A stretch of 64,000 bases of DNA, from the NCBI GenBank assembly GCA_024137785.1, contig JAHRHZ010000062.1, forward strand, positions 36,627,424 through 36,691,423. Direction: 5' to 3'. The DNA is from Ginglymostoma cirratum. Lineage: Eukaryota. Positions 38,001 through 52,269 of the stretch are shown here, piece after piece. Within the stretch, counting starts at the first letter, position 1. The number at the start of each line of letters is the position of its first letter. A model generated the notes under the pieces. It saw nothing but the letters and a program-made list of their open reading frames with translations, was not told where the DNA came from and did not search any database. A program made the translations under genes and the position numbers.

Positions 38001-40580
38001 CAGTCAGAGGAGGTACAGACAGAGACTGCCCTGTCCTCTGATGAGTGAGTGGTCTTGTGAAGAGGAGGTTGAGCTATAGCTGATAGCTGTGCAGCCCACT
38101 CTGTGGGAAGGTCTGGATGCCTGCAAGTCAAGGGAACCTTTGATACTCGGAAAGTTTTCAGTGGCTGAATGAATCCAGCTCAGAGACACCTCTCTGGTCC
38201 TTAGTGCCTTGACATTGTAGCTGTCCATGAACACCAGGGTATTGTAAGGTCAATTTGAATCAGCCAAGTGAGTCAAGCAGAGGGGTCCACATAATAGAAA
38301 ACTTCCATAAGTGAATTAAAGGAATGCATACCCAAACACAAAAATGCAACTGGCTAATCATTTGAAAAGAACAGTGATTTATGCAAATAAAAGCTTAAAA
38401 CATTGGTCAAATTTCTACAATAAAGGCACCCATTAGTGACTAACGTGGAGGTAACTTGATACTTTTCATGGGTGCTGTGCTAGAGACAGACTGATCACCC
38501 ATATACATCCTTCAGGAATGACCATAGCCACTATCCTCTGATCTAGGAAGACTCTAGACTAGTGGGAGTCTCCTGCACAATGACAGGAGGTTCGCACACT
38601 GTGGCAACAGATGAAGAAATCGGAGCCTATGGCAATGGGACTGAGGAGAAGCTGTACCCACTAGAACTAGTCTGAGGGGTACTCTCATTGGGCTCATCTC
38701 CTGTCAATTGGCTTGAAAACCTTTTTTTGTTGATCATTTAAAGCCTGGAGGACAACATGCAGGGCATAATTACTACATCCTAGGCCCATACTTGGTTTCT
38801 TGCTATCTCTAGCACCTGCCTACATTCTATCAACCTTCTCTGCACGGACAAAGGCTTGATTTTCAATATGTCTCTAAACATTTATGATGCATTAGAGGAA
38901 TGGGTCACCTGCATTTCAGTTTTATTTCTTCCTCAAAAATGGACAAGAGGTGGCAACCCATGCACTTCCAGATTAATATCTGACCCCTGGCCAACAAGGT
39001 ACAGAAAAATCAGCCTACCATAAATGCAAACTGGTGTGTGCCGAGTACAAGTAGGAAAAAAATAGATACAAATTTCCAAGATAACTCTCTTATTGAATCC
39101 CTGAGGATGTATTGGCAGAAGATATCTATAATCCGTGTGCTTGCTCCTTTAAATAACCTCCTAGAACTGACTCCAAGGCAAAGAAAGTGTTTGGACATTT
39201 GTTTGTCTTTTAAAAAAAAACAGTTAAAGAGAGAGGCTTAAAGGCACATCTTATAAAAGAGAAACCATTTCTAGAGACCTGACTGGGCTATTGGCCTCCT
39301 GCATTGAAGAGATTCAAAAATAAACTTTGCTTGCTTGCAGTTTCACATCATTTGATCAAACCTTTATGAGTTAAGTAAATGAGACAAACATAAACAAACT
39401 TATGGTGAATTTGCAACTACACTACTCAGTTTGCCTTGGTGCAGTCAAAACTACATGGTATTCAGCATAAATTCAGTATAATAACTTACAAATAGTTGGA
39501 ATTTCTACTGTTCCTGAAGAGGGAACACCTGAAATGAAGGGTAATGTTACAGTCAAAACTTCAATACACAGTGGCTTAAAATCTTTTCTTAACTAGATTT
39601 AAGCAGTGATTCTTTTAAAATGAAGGTCAAGTTTAATCGTGTCCTCACATCATCTATTTAATAGATCCAACCAAACCAATCCACTCATCGTCTCATTAAT
39701 TATGTGTTTACTTATTGGGAACACCTGGTCCATTGCACAAATTAAGCCTTAATTGCATGTTATTGAATGTCTTTGCCACATAGCTATAATATAACAGCAG
39801 CTAGAAGGGGGTCCTGATTATTATAGTGCATCTATTAACAATATTTTTGGAAAACGCCAGGATGTTTGATACTTTGTCATGAGAAAAATATGTGGAGTTT
39901 TTAAATTAAGTCATATCCATTCACACATTTCCTACTTTATTGAACATGGTTCAGGTTTTGTCTAATTTTTTTTCTACTACATCCTTCCTCTTTGAATTTG
40001 GCTGGGCATTTGTTACTTTTTATAATTCAAGTTAAATAGGATGATTTTATAAACAGTGATTTGCTACAGTTTCACTTCCAATATCAACTTTCGTTTCAGC
40101 TTGAAAGGAGAAGTCAAATGGCATGCCATATAAGATCCTAAGCCTTTGACACTCAGCTGACCCACCATTATATTCTATAAAAGTTATCCCTGTTGGTAAG
40201 CTGAGGGCTGAATTTTGAGCCTCTACTGAAGTGGGACAGGAGCTACAAATAGCCCTGCCAGATGGCATGCCAGTCCCCAGCATAGTCCCACCTCCAAACT
40301 AATTATTGCACAAGCAGTATTAGGGAGAGAGTTGGCTAGTAGCAGCAGGGCTATCTGCCCGCACAGTTCATTAAGAACCCTACTGAGGCCTCATAAAGCA
40401 GCCTGACTGGGGTTTTCCTTTGGTGGGGATCTGTTTCTCTGCTGACTGCTGAGAAGCAGGAGCAACCACAGGCTGCCCTATCTAGTATCCACTTCCAAGC
40501 TACACCTCCAGCCCTAATTGCAGAGAAAACCCATTGCATATTCCTTCTGCCTCTGAATTTTACTGTATTCTTACCACAGC

Positions 40581-40884
40581 TCCGTGGCACAGTGGCTCAG
40601 TGGTTAGCACTGCTACCTCACAGCACCCGGGACTCAGGTTCAATTCCACCCTCAGGTGACAGTCTGTGTGGAGTTTGCACATTCTCCCCGTGTCTGCATG
40701 GGTTTCCTCCGGTTTCGTCCCGCAGTCCAAAGATAGATTAGTCATGCTAAATTGCTCATTGTGTCCCGGAATGTGCAGGCTGGGTAAACTAGCCATGGGC
40801 AAAGCAGAGTTATAGGGATAGCGTGGGAGGTTGGGTCTGGATGGTGTGGACTCGGTGGGCTGAATGGTCAGCTTCCACACTGTA
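40581..40884 (+). mobile_element. HE1-like V-SINE (tRNA-derived)
   Basis: A-box tggctcagtggttagc, B-box ggttcaattcc, the central tgtgtggagtttgcacattctccccgtgtctgc-tgggtttcctccgg block and a CR1-like tail. Confidence 0.85.
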
Positions 40885-42829
40885 ACACTGGTAAGGCTAA
40901 CACTTATTGACCATCCCTAATTTCCCTTGAGCGGATTGATTTTCCAGGCTATGACAGAGAGCAGTTAAGAATCAATATGTTTCTGTGGGTCTAGAGTTGC
41001 ATGTAGGCCAGACCAGGTAAGGATGGCACATTTTCTTCCCTAAATGAAGAACCAGAAGGGTTTTTACAACAATTATCATTAGAATAGCTATTTTCCAAAT
41101 GTCAGATTTGCATTTACTTTCGAAGGAGACCACATTTTCTTTCATTTGGCTGAGCCAGGTCCAACAATCCTATGCAACCTTCTCTCTGGTCTTGGTGTCA
41201 AGATCGAAAATCCTGAGTGAATCCTTCAGAGTGTTATTTGCATTGCTTTCTTTGTCCACCGTGGAAGTGCATCCCAGACTCGAGTGTTTCATTGAAGATT
41301 CACTTTGGTAAATGAGTGTCTGTCATTCTGACTACATGACGATCCTAAAACCATTATGGCCATTTCAGTGCAGTATGGATGCTTGGCAGCTAGCTCAATA
41401 TCTATTATCTTTACCTGCTGCCTGGTCTTCAGGCAGATCAAATAAATGTGGTTGGGCTTCTTGGCACGATCCTGATGTACAGTTTAAGTCTTGCCTGCAT
41501 AGTGCAGAATGGGCCGGTTTGTCGCTGTATAAATGTTAAAAGTTGGTAAGCAGAAATAGTAGTTTTAATTCCCAGAATGGCAAAAGGCTACATTTAGTCT
41601 GGCAATTCTTGTATGTGTCTCATTGTCAATAATAAACTGCTCACAGATTCTGCAGTCTTTTGCTTGACAGAGGGATTTCCGGGATCATACTGGTGCATTG
41701 CTTCAGCTTTCTTCATGTTCATTTTAAAGCTGAAGTTCTACTTTTATTTTCACCTAACAGTAGGATCTTTGAATGTTCCTTCACTTCCAATCTGACAAAA
41801 TCCAGGTATGTCACAGCTTTCAGGACTTCACTTTGATTCTGCTCCATGTACATGCAATTTTCCTCAGTATCCTTGCTATTCTCCAAATGTGAGATTCCTT
41901 GGGGTCTTTCATTAGTATCTGGCTAGGTTCGTTTCCAAGTCTCTTTAAGTGTAGACACCCCAAACGAAGCATAGCCCTCACTGTCTTTTTGCTGACTGAC
42001 TCCAGAATCAAAGAACACCTATGTTTCTAACAGCCATTTTCTTTTCACCTACAGCAACTAGCAGATTTCACTCCCGCTCCTCAACTTTCAAAGCCATTCC
42101 AGGCTCCAACTGCCTGTTCTGTGAGAAACGCCATTGATAAAACCCCATCTTTCCTTCAGCAACACGATATACATGGCATATTCTGGATGGAGATTAAAAC
42201 TTAATATCTCCCATTCTCAAACTTTCCCATTGTTCTGGGAGCCCATGCGAATTAGGCCTTGTCTGAAGACAACTGTCGGTATCTGGGGCTAAATGTCCAC
42301 TATTGCACGAGTCTTCTCCTTTGCCTAAGGAAATTCTGGCCCTGAACCCAGCACACATGTTTTCATTGGGGCTGGAGCAATAGTCCCTCTAATTTCTTCA
42401 TTTGGCGCATGGACCTCAGAGGTCAGTGCACTTCACAACTTTGAAAACTGAAGTCAGTGTGTTCGCACGCAGAACAGTGTATATGGAACCTCGGAGCAAG
42501 ATGGCTAAAAGGGAACGCTGTTGTTTCGGGCAACAGGCCTGACTTAATTTAGAACCGTGAATGAAAATTATACCTTTGGGATAGTCCGCTTCTGTCAGGT
42601 TTCCGGAACTGGGTGTTTTCCTAACTCTGCTTTCAGTATTTTCCCATTTCCGACTCTGACCTTATTAAATGAACACAGGCCACTAAGTTTTAATCACCTT
42701 AGATTTGTTTACCAGCCTCCCACCAGGGTTTTACACTTGAAGATTTCAATCCTCATGCTAACTTATTCTCCTGAAATATGTGAATCATGAAATGTGACTT
42801 ATTTGTAAAACATATTCAAGATACGCTAT

Positions 42830-43400
42830 CAATCATAATTATCTCAGTGCGAAATAAGACCATTTGACCCATTGCATTTGCCGTGCTTTCCAAAATGAGT
42901 ATTTCTCTTAATGCCATTGCCCCATAACTCTGCACATTATTCCTTTACAAGTAACAGTTGAACTCTCTTTGAGTGCCATGATTGAACTTTTCAGTCAGAA
43001 CACTCCAGATATTAACCGCTTAGTGCATGTAGAAAAGCTTTTTACTATATCGCTTTTGCTTTCATTGAAGGTAACTTTAAATCTGTACTCTCTTGCTGTC
43101 AATTCTTTCATGAATGGGAACAGTCTTTTCCTCAGGTAGTTTGGCCAGACCCCTGATGATTTTCAATAACTGCATTTGCTCTCTTTTCAACCTTCTCCAT
43201 GCAGACAATCCTAACTTCATTAGACCTTCATAATTAATGTTTCTCATCCTTGGAACCATTCTCATAACTGTTCTAGAAGATTGCCAATGCCTTCATGTCC
43301 TTCCTAAAATGCAGCCTCCAGCTAAGGTTGAACTGGTTTCAAGATAAGCTCCTTGCTTTTGTTCAATATGCCCCTGTTAAGAAAACATTAGATTGGTGGC
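42830..43400 (-). mobile_element. CR1 LINE 3' fragment
   Basis: Reverse ORF 43077..43265 reads MRMVPRMRNINYEGLMKLGL...RRLKRE. Confidence 0.7.
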
Positions 43401-43540
43401 AGATTTCCAATAGGCAACTGTTTTGACCAGATAAAGAGGGATGAATGACCGGTCCTTATTTTAACTCCCACATGTTGTCAGCCACAACAAAGATATTCAA
43501 AAATCATTTTTAGCATACAGTTACATCACACTCCAATTAA

Positions 43541-43710
43541 GATGTAGAGGTGCCAGTGTTGTATTGGGGTGGTCAAGATCAGAAATCACACAACCCCAGG
43601 TTATAGTCCAAAAGGTTTATTTTAAATCACAAGCCTTCATTAGCGCTGCCCATTCACCTGATGAAGGGACAGAGCTCGGAAAGCTTATGGTTTCAAATAA
43701 ACCTGTTGGA
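43541..43710. mobile_element. Palindromic Penelope-derived family B insertion
   Basis: Same family as 14430-14571. Core ctgatga...gaaagctt at 43658-43686. gtccaaaaggtttattttaaatcacaagc is inverted relative to gcttatggtttcaaataaacctgttggac. Confidence 0.75.
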
Positions 43711-44178
43711 CATTTCAATTAAAGCTGAGCTCGCCATTTGACCAGAACTAAATAGGAACACAATTACAACATTCGCTTATGTGAAAGAAAGGAATTTTAT
43801 TACTTACTAGCCCCATGAAAAATAATAAAATGTGGCATGACTTGTATTTTCAGCAATAACAATTTTTGTAGATACCTTTGAGTTCTCAGTGAGTGAGTAT
43901 TTCTGCAAATTTTCTTTACCACTGGGTATTGTCCTTTGAGAGAGACTGAGAGAAATTGGGAAAGAGAATAAGCCTTTCAGTTCTACTGTTATAAATCTTT
44001 TATATTCTTCTTACAACTTTACCTTAAAACTGTTGCCTGAAATATAGTTTATTTGCGCATCCCCAATTCTGGCTTTATTTACTTTCCGAGGATGGATAAC
44101 CTGTAAGCAAGTCTTTTATCCCAATATGTGTAGCTATCAGAAATATGTAAATCAAAGAGGAGATACAGATTTGAGTGA

Positions 44179-44387
44179 GAGACAGTAAGAACTGCAGATG
44201 CTGGAGAATCTGAGATATCAAGGTGAAGAGCTGGATGAACGCAGCAGGCCAAGCAGCATCAGAGGAACAGGAAGGCTGACGTTTCGGGCCTAGACCCTTC
44301 TTCAGAAAAACTAGGCCCGAAACGTCAGTTTTCCTGCTCCTCTAGTGCTGCTTGGCCTGCTGTGTTCATCCAGCTCCACACCTTGTT
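44179..44387. mobile_element. Palindromic Penelope-derived family A insertion
   Basis: Near-perfect arms of about 77 bp. 16-bp TSD atacagatttgagtga at 44163-44178 and 44388-44403. Confidence 0.9.
44278..44305 (-). ncRNA. Minimal hammerhead ribozyme core (putative)
   Basis: Reverse strand reads CTGAAGA-A-GGGTCTAGGCCC-GAAA-CGTC. Helix I support is weak. Confidence 0.55.
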
Positions 44388-45955
44388 ATACAGATTTGAG
44401 TGACTGGTTTTAATTATTTTGTTAGCTTAATTTCGGTTCGGTTTGGATCTTGTTATTTGATGGTTTCATGAAGCCTGGCACAACTTGGTGAAGTGATGAC
44501 AGTGACCATCTCAAGTCAGTTTTGTTCCATTTTAGTCCATGAATGGTCCCAGATATTAAAAATTAGATGCTGGAAATTGAACATTATCACCAATACTATA
44601 ATACAATATCTTTACCATTCCAAGAAAAGCCACTGCAGACAGAAGAGCTGTGCCTGAGGGGACTGACTCAAGAAGTTCATGACTGAGCTATGTCCTCCCC
44701 AACATGAAGGTTTGCAATCAGTCATTCAAAGGATGTCACAATCACTCTGCTAGCCTATCCGTTCAGCTTCTTACAGTCTGGCATGTGTTGTTTCTAGTTT
44801 GTGACAAACTTCCATCTGCTTACAAATCAAATGGTGTGGATATATTATTGAGTATAATTGTGACTGGGAGCTGGGCTTTCTTCTTTTCAATTCCAGTTAA
44901 CCCTGCGCCTGGTGCCCTAATGGTCAGGGCAATTCTTGTTGGACAGATTCCAAAGCTTAATACTAGTTTCAGATGGTGAAATTTCAATCAAACCATTGTG
45001 CAAACTTGGGATCTAAAGAAACTGCATGTGACCTTTCTCAACTGATAACTGCAGCATCATTATTGCAAAAAGGATATGAGTTCTAATTGGATTAAGCTGC
45101 AGTTCTTCTGTTTAATTTCCTGTCGCTTGGTTCAGATTCATTTACCGCATAACTATTGGTTTCTGTATAAATCAGGCACCCTGCTAACATAAACTATGTC
45201 TTGTCTATCCTGCTGGGATTGCATTGGATAAGCCCTTGCTGCATAGTGTTATCTATGAGTAAAAATGTTGGAAGGAATGTTTACTACAGAGCACTTGTTA
45301 CAGATTTTCAGTGTGTTTGAAAATACTAGCGGTACCTTATTAGATTTCTTTATGTTTTATTTCAGCGTCATTCTACATTAACCCATTCCATACCACACTC
45401 TATCTCATAATGTTTCTAAAGTATGTTCAATGATCTCTGCTATCTGGAGGGTTTAATTAACTCAGGAATGCTGCTGAGCAACCTGTCCACCTGGGTTCTT
45501 TCTTTCTGCTGTGTGATCTAAATATTGTTTAGTGTAGTGCTCAGTGCTGCAACATTTAGTGGCCTGCTAACTTAATGCATGTTACAATCCTGTATCTGGA
45601 GACCATCATGATAGCACTCAAAAACTTGCAGTTAGTCCCTCTGCGCAGAATAAATATTTATATTTAAGCTTGCATTTTTAAATATGTTTGCAAAAGCTTT
45701 GAATATTTTTGACAGTAAATTTCCTTACTTTTTGCTCATTGCTTGAGCTAGTGAGAACTTACCTTGTCTCAGACCAATACTTGTTATGAATTTAGCACTC
45801 TGGAGCAGGCCAAGTTAATGCGAAAGATCAATAACTTCATCATTGTCAGCAAATCAAAAAGGCTAGTATTCCTATTAACACAAAACACTCTTGTTTTTGA
45901 GTCAGAAGCACATAGTTTGAAGTATTTGTGATGAATTAAAGCACACAATGTGGAC

Positions 45956-46086
45956 ATTTCCTGAAGAAGGGTCCCAACCCGAAATGTCAACTTTCCTGCT
46001 CCTCTGATGCTACCTGGCCTGCTGTGTTCCTTCAGCTCCACACTGTGTTATCTCTGACTCCAGCATCAGCAGTTCTTACTATCTCT
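45956..46086 (+). mobile_element. Penelope-derived family A monomer
   Basis: ctgaaga-a-gggt-ccca-accc-gaaa-tgtc at 45961-45988. 14-bp TSD cacacaatg(t/c)ggac at 45942-45955 and 46087-46100. Confidence 0.85.
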
Positions 46087-46270
46087 CACACAATGCGGAC
46101 TGATATCTTACAACATCACATCATATTCGGAGCTTGGCCCAACTCTGAGCAATTGAACCATGAAACGTTCCATTCAGGTTTTTGAATATGTGGAGAGAAA
46201 TCTGGGGTTTGTAGTTTGTAATTCGTTTTTATACACGGTCCTGCTTCACAGAATGAAAATATTCTCAGAG

Positions 46271-46432
46271 TAGGGTCGGATAGCTCAGTTGGCCGGACAG
46301 CTGGTTGGTGATGCAGAGTGACGCCTCACTGGCTAAGGTTACCAAGAAGGACTCTCCTTCTCAACCTCTCCCCTCACCCGAGGTATGGTGACTCTTGGGT
46401 TAAACCACCACCTTTAATGAGAGAGTAGCCCA
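46271..46432 (+). mobile_element. tRNA-derived SINE fragment
   Basis: Head gggtcggatagctcagttgg carries an A-box. No complete cloverleaf. Confidence 0.5.
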
Positions 46433-46861
46433 TATTTAAAAACATAAGCTTAAATATAAGTACTTATTCTATGCAGAGGGACTAACTGTGCAAGTTTTTG
46501 AATGCTATCGTGCATTGGAATACTTATTTCATGGTCTACAGGTACAGGATTGTAACATGCATTATGTTAGCAGGCCATTAAATGGAACAGCACTGAGTAC
46601 TACACTAAACAATATTTAGATTGCACAGCAGAAAGAAGGAACCCAGGTGAACTGTTTGCTCAGCAGCATTCCTGAGTTAATTAAACCCTCCTACGATCAA
46701 GCAGGACTATGGTGACTTCACCTCTTTATAAGAGTAATTACTCTAAAGTAAAGAGATTTATGATGAAAGGCTTATTAAAATTGTTTTACATCATGTACTT
46801 TACTGATTTATTTCCAAAGTAAAGACTGTGTGTTTAATCAACATGTTTCTCTCCTAATCAG

Positions 46862-46966
46862 ACAACAATGATCCAGCCACACGTGAACTCCAGCTTTCCA
46901 TGTCTGACAAAGCTTAACATAACTCATGGATCAAACCACGTCATTATTGACAGGCAGTTGAGAAGG
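46862..46966 (+). CDS. OTOG: Otogelin coding exon, VWD domain
   Basis: Acceptor ctcctaatcag, donor gtaggt, phase 0 to 0. Translates TTMIQPHVNSSFPCLTKLNITHGSNHVIIDRQLRR; recalled otogelin has [22 protein letters not shown]. Confidence 0.9.
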
Positions 46967-47869
46967 GTAGGTTGATTTCTAAATTATAACTAGCTGCATG
47001 TTTCTAATAACTCTTAAAATTGCAGCATAATCTTTCCAAGAAACAAATAATCATCATGCTGAAGTTCATGAGCTTCTGTTACTGATTATATGCAACAGTA
47101 CAGCACAGTTTGATCCGAGAATATTTCCATTCCTATACATGAAAATATTAAAATAAATATATTGGAACTTAACTGATGCTTGAAATGTTTCTCTGCAGAA
47201 ATTAGTTACTCTGCAGAAATAAGTCATGAAATATTATTTACAGTGAGAACATGATCCAAAACACTGTAATCCTCAATTTATATATTGAAGGGCAAAGCTT
47301 TTGACAAATTAATTGTATCAAAATGTGATTTGCACGATTATAAGTGTGCACTATGCCATGAATACATTTTCAAATAATGGCTATTTCCACAATAAAGGAT
47401 GGAGTTGTTCATCAAGAAATGTTCAACACCCCAAGTGCCAGGTGCCATTTCACTTTATTTTGTGAATTAAACCCAGAATATGGAGATTTTGCATTAAGCA
47501 CAGATTAAAACTAAGTATTGTTTCCTGTCCTGGAGATTGGATGTTTTGGTTACTTATTTTAAAGGGGAAGCTCACAATAACTTATTTGGAAATGTCTTCT
47601 TTTTGTTGAAAGTGCAGTGGTCAAACAGGGAATTCCTCACATGTGAAATGTACTTTTATTTTGAGAAGAGTAACTGTTCGCATAAATGCTCAAGAAACTG
47701 TTACTTCTAAAGTCGGGCCCATTTGTTAAAATGGCAAGATATCAATGTCCTAATGATATGGAGCTTTAAGATGCTATGCAATGAAATAGTAGCACACAAG
47801 AACCATATAGTCTAGAAGGAGGTTTATTTGGCTCCTGGTGCCTATGCCAGTATTTTGAAGAATAACCCA

Positions 47870-48610
47870 ATGCTGCCAAATTTGAAGCAGCAAATACAGC
47901 AAGACCAGGAACATCCATGAGCGCCAGGCAATGACCATCTCCAATAAGAAAGAATCTTACCGTCATGAAATCCTCTATTATCATCATCCTGGGATTACCA
48001 TTAACCAGGACTGAACTGGACTAGCTATATAAATACTGTGGCAACAAAAGAATGTCAGAAGCTAGGAATTCTGCATCACATAGCACAACTTCTAACCCCT
48101 AAAGCCTGTCCAACATCTATAATGTACAAGTCAGAGTTATGATGGATTGCTCTCAACTTACCAACATGGATGCAGTTCCACCAAATCTCTTGATGCTTGC
48201 TGTCATCCAGAACGAAGTATCCCCTGGGATTGGCACCCAATTTAACACCTTAAGTATTCACCCCATCCAACATGAACACAGAGGCATATGTGTGTACCAT
48301 CTACAAGAGGCACTGCAGCATCTTCCAAAGGCATGACCTCCACCACCTTGGAGGGTGTGGGAGCGCCATTGTCTACAAGTTCCCTTCTAAGCCACACACC
48401 GTCCTGACTTGAAATTATATTGCTATTCTTTTTCTCTTGCTGGTAAAATTCCTAGAAGTTCTCTCTTAATAGCACTGTAGGCATATTTACCTTCAGTAGA
48501 TTGTGCCATTTCAAGAAAACCACCTGCATCTCCTAGTCAAGGGCAATTAAGGATGGACAATGAATGGTGGCCCAGTCAGCAAAATCGACATCTTGTAAAT
48601 GAATAAAATA
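47870..48610 (+). mobile_element. LINE 3' fragment (CR1/L2 group) sharing its tail with the DeuSINE-like SINE
   Basis: Decayed RT C-terminus (ILGITI, INTVATK, QKLGIL, QVRVMM) ending in gggcaattaaggatggacaat...gaataaaa. Confidence 0.7.
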
Positions 48611-48619
48611 AAATTGTCT

Positions 48620-49020
48620 GCTGTCTTGTAAATATCTTCTTCTCAAGTACATTATCCAATTGTTTTCTGAAAATTGTTATTAAATCAACTTCCAATCCCC
48701 TTTCAGGTTGTGCACACCAGATCATGGCTCACAATACAAAAAGAAAGCTCCCCATTGCTCCCAGGAACTTTTTGCCAATCGTCTTAGATCAGTGGCCTCT
48801 TATCACTGACTTCCTTGGCAGTAGGAATAGTTTTTCACCATTAAAACCTCTTGCAATCTTGAACGCCTCTATTAAATCTTCCCTTAACCTGTCTGGTTTG
48901 AAGAGCACATCCAAATCTATCAAATTTCTGCATTTCACCAACATCATTGATATCATTCTAGAAAGTCTCCTCACAACCTCTCCAATGCAAGGAAATTGCA
49001 CTAAATTTTCCCATTCTAAG
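48620..49020 (-). mobile_element. CR1 LINE 3' fragment
   Basis: Reverse ORF 48789..49001 contains RLREDLIEAFKIARGF...EKLF...SVIRGH. Confidence 0.75.
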
Positions 49021-49399
49021 TTAGTGTTTTGTCAAGTGAAGTGGTGTCTTGTTCGCAATGGTTTTTCTCACAGTCTGCTGATCTTCACCACCTTTTCATC
49101 TATGCGCTTTGGTCCCCATCTCACGGAATCATTTAGCAAGAAAGGCGGAAATGTTCATCACTGCTGGTGCCATATTTAAAACCAAACTGTGCATCTCCCC
49201 AGGTGCTACAATCCAAGAACTAGCTCTGACATTGTGGCACAGCTTAGTTCTCACAGAGGCTCAATGATGCATTATTCTATCGTGCTGTCATGGATATGCC
49301 ACCTCCCCCGCCCCCCATCCAGTCAATGTCCTGATCATCATCCTCAGAAGATTGCTGTCAATTCCTGATTTTTCTCTGTATCTCTCCATCACCCTTTGT

Positions 49400-49642
49400 C
49401 TTCTCCAGTTGTGAAGGGCACAGCTTGCTATAATCATGTGGTCCACCTTTCTGGTATATGCTGCCAGACTCTGCTGGATATTGAAATCCTATCTTAAAAA
49501 GGCTAAAGTCTGTTCCCTGATGGCCCTGGTGGAAGCATGGACAACGTTGTGTGTCCTTTACTGCCTCAGTCTGAGGATTTCATAAAATAAAGGTGTCATG
49601 ATCCACGTTGAAGGGAGTAGCCATATGTTTCCTAGTAACCCA
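49400..49642 (-). pseudogene. Second decayed Harbinger transposase fragment
   Basis: Reverse strand gives LLGN-GYSLQ-WIMTP, PQTEA and HNVVHASTRAIREQ, matching the consensus LLGD-GY-L-WLMTP...YN-H-STR-IEQ. Confidence 0.6.
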
Positions 49643-50385
49643 AAATGGGAATGATGTCAGAAGCCTGCTGAATGTTTGAACTTAAAGCAGAGCCATCAGT
49701 GTGACCTGTCATGACCAAGGTTGGTTATCTTTTTATACTGGCTTAATGAAAGAGCCACAAGTATGAGGGAACACTGGTGCAGCTCTGAACTATCACTGAC
49801 ATGCTTCAAATTCAGCAGGGTAGGAGCCAGTCTGACACAAGAAAACATTAGTGGGTTCTGAGAGTGGCTCTGCAGTGGAACACTAAATGTCTTCATTGTC
49901 TGTCTGCCTCTGTGGAGCAGTTTGCTGATTTCCATGGCAGCTGACTGTTGGCCCCTGTTAGAATCATCTGGAGGCAGATCTGATTTCCCTACACAGCCCT
50001 CACCCCAGCAGCCCTCACCACATCTCTGAACCCATCCCTGTCTCTATAGTAAAATTTAGCACAATGTTTGGCTTTTACAAGAAAGAAAATGAAGAGAAAG
50101 TGACAAATGATTTTTGCACTGGTGTATCAATGTTTTCCTTTTTCATTGTAAAGTACCAATTCTACAGCAGCTCATTTTATTGAAATTTGGGGAGGAAAGG
50201 CATAATTTAAATTTGCAAACTTATTAATCATTGTATACTTTGTTTTGTAGAACTGATCGAGCAACTATTACAATCTATGTGATTTCGAGTCAATTCAACC
50301 ACATTTAAAGACATTAAATCATGTATTTGATTTTTAATTGCCAAATAACTGTACATAAATCACATTTCTATTTATATTCCTTTAG

Positions 50386-50572
50386 CTGAGCATTAATTCG
50401 AGGTTTGGCTACACTCCATTCCGAAGATTTGATTTTGAAATCATAGATACTGGGAATATGTACACAATCATGACTCCAGCTGGTATACACATACAGTGGT
50501 TTCACAATACAGGGATTATGGTTATCGACACAGGCACATCCAATAAAAATCTGGCAACTATGGGGCTCTGTG
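50386..50572 (+). CDS. OTOG: Otogelin coding exon, VWD domain
   Basis: Acceptor ttcctttag, donor gtatgt, phase 0 to 1. Translates LSINSRFGYTPFRRFDFEIIDTGNMYTIMTPAGIHIQWFHNTGIMVIDTGTSNKNLATMGLC(G). Confidence 0.95.
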
Positions 50573-51059
50573 GTATGTAAACATTGGTTATTTTATGTCA
50601 TTTTCAAATTTACATACAAGATGCTTTCATGGTAAAGAGAGTAAAGGCATTTTGTTGCAAGATGCAATAGAATGGGCTCAACAGAGGGCTGGGAGTGCTG
50701 TATGAACCCTGAGATGGGTTGTGCATCTGGGTTGCCAGAGCTTGGAGATCTGGCTGACTTCAAAGTCTGCTCCTTATTTGGATAAGTTCTACTGGAGTCT
50801 TAGCTGATCCCATTCAAGTCCAGGGTGGTAGGTGGGAACAGTAGTTAACAGGTTGCGCTGTGTGGAAACGTGTGGGAGTAATGGGCTGATTTAATGTCCA
50901 TGGTGATGGGCCATTCCACCAGCTGGACAGCTGGTGGCAACACTCCTCAGACATCCCCTGGAACTCCAATGTGGCTGATGCCAATAAGGCATCTACTTGC
51001 AGGAGCAATGCCCACTGCTGATAATGCAGAAGGCCCCAGGAAGAGGAATATCCCTGGAT

Positions 51060-51700
51060 TTTTCAAAAACATCCTTTCTTTATTTATCCTGCACTCTTTT
51101 AAACTCCAATGCCAACAAGCGCAACCTGACCAGCCTATTATTACAAGGCAACCTACTCAGTCCAAGTATTAATATAGTAAAATTGCTCTTAGCATCCTCC
51201 AACACTCATCCTACACATATAAAGAAACAAAAAACTGCGTGGTATTTGAGATTTGATCTCATCAGTGCTCTGTGTAACTGAAGCCTGACTTTTTATTTTT
51301 ATGTTCAATTCCTCTCATAATAAAATATTTACCATCTCAATAGCTGACTTGATTGTGTGCTGTATCTGTATATCAACCTTCTGTGACTCATGCTCTAGAA
51401 CTGTAAATCCCTCTGCCCTCTGATTTCTGCAGTTGTTGTCCATTAAATAATACTCTGCTCTTCCATTCTTCCTGTCAAAATGAAGAGCTTCACATTTTCC
51501 CATAAACCAGATTTTTGCCCACTCACTCAACCTATCTATGTCCTTCTTTAAATTCCTTATGTCTTCTTGACAACATACTTTCCTGTCTATCTTTGTGTTG
51601 TCCGCAAATTTAGCTGCCATAACATTGGTCCACTCACCACATCCTGCCAAACAGAAAATGACCCATTTATGCTTGCAGTCTATTTTCTGCCAGTCTTCTA
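51060..51700 (-). mobile_element. CR1 LINE RT fragment
   Basis: Reverse ORF 51315..51650 contains KFADNTKI...LKKDIDRLSEWAKIW...KCEALHF. Confidence 0.8.
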
Positions 51701-52269
51701 ATTGGTAGCATGATACGTTATTCCTTTCACCAGTTTATTTTCTGCAGTAAGCTTTCTAGTAGTATTATGATGATGTGATTATTATACTACAGTCTGGAGT
51801 GTGGGGAATTTGTTCTTTAAAGGTCATTGCATAACATTTTCACATGCTCTTACTTGATTTATTTTCTATGTGGAGGCATTATGGAATATGGGTTATTTTT
51901 AGCAATAAGTCATAAACTATGGAAAATTTCAAAATGGCAACTCAACTCAACATAAAATGCTAGGAATGGCATTTTGATGCTTTTTGCCGGTTAATGAATG
52001 GTGTCCAAATTCAAACTGAATAATTAAATGTGATACTAACTGAATTGAATGCCTTTGTGATGCATTTGTCAAATATTTGATCATTTATTACATAGGTAAT
52101 AATTTCAGCTAGCCTTTTTTTGGTTACATATGGGTATACAAAGTATGATTCCCTGAAATGTAACCTCCATGAGCTATCATGCAATAAATGCTGTAAATGA
52201 TAACAATTAAATTGCAGTGATAGCTGGAGCCTAGTATTAAATGAAATTGCTTAAAACAGAATTAATTTA

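Noticed and set aside
40581-40655. tRNA gene-like sequence (also near 46271 and 6440-6523)
   Set aside because: These are SINE heads with A/B boxes but no complete cloverleaf, and they continue into SINE bodies.
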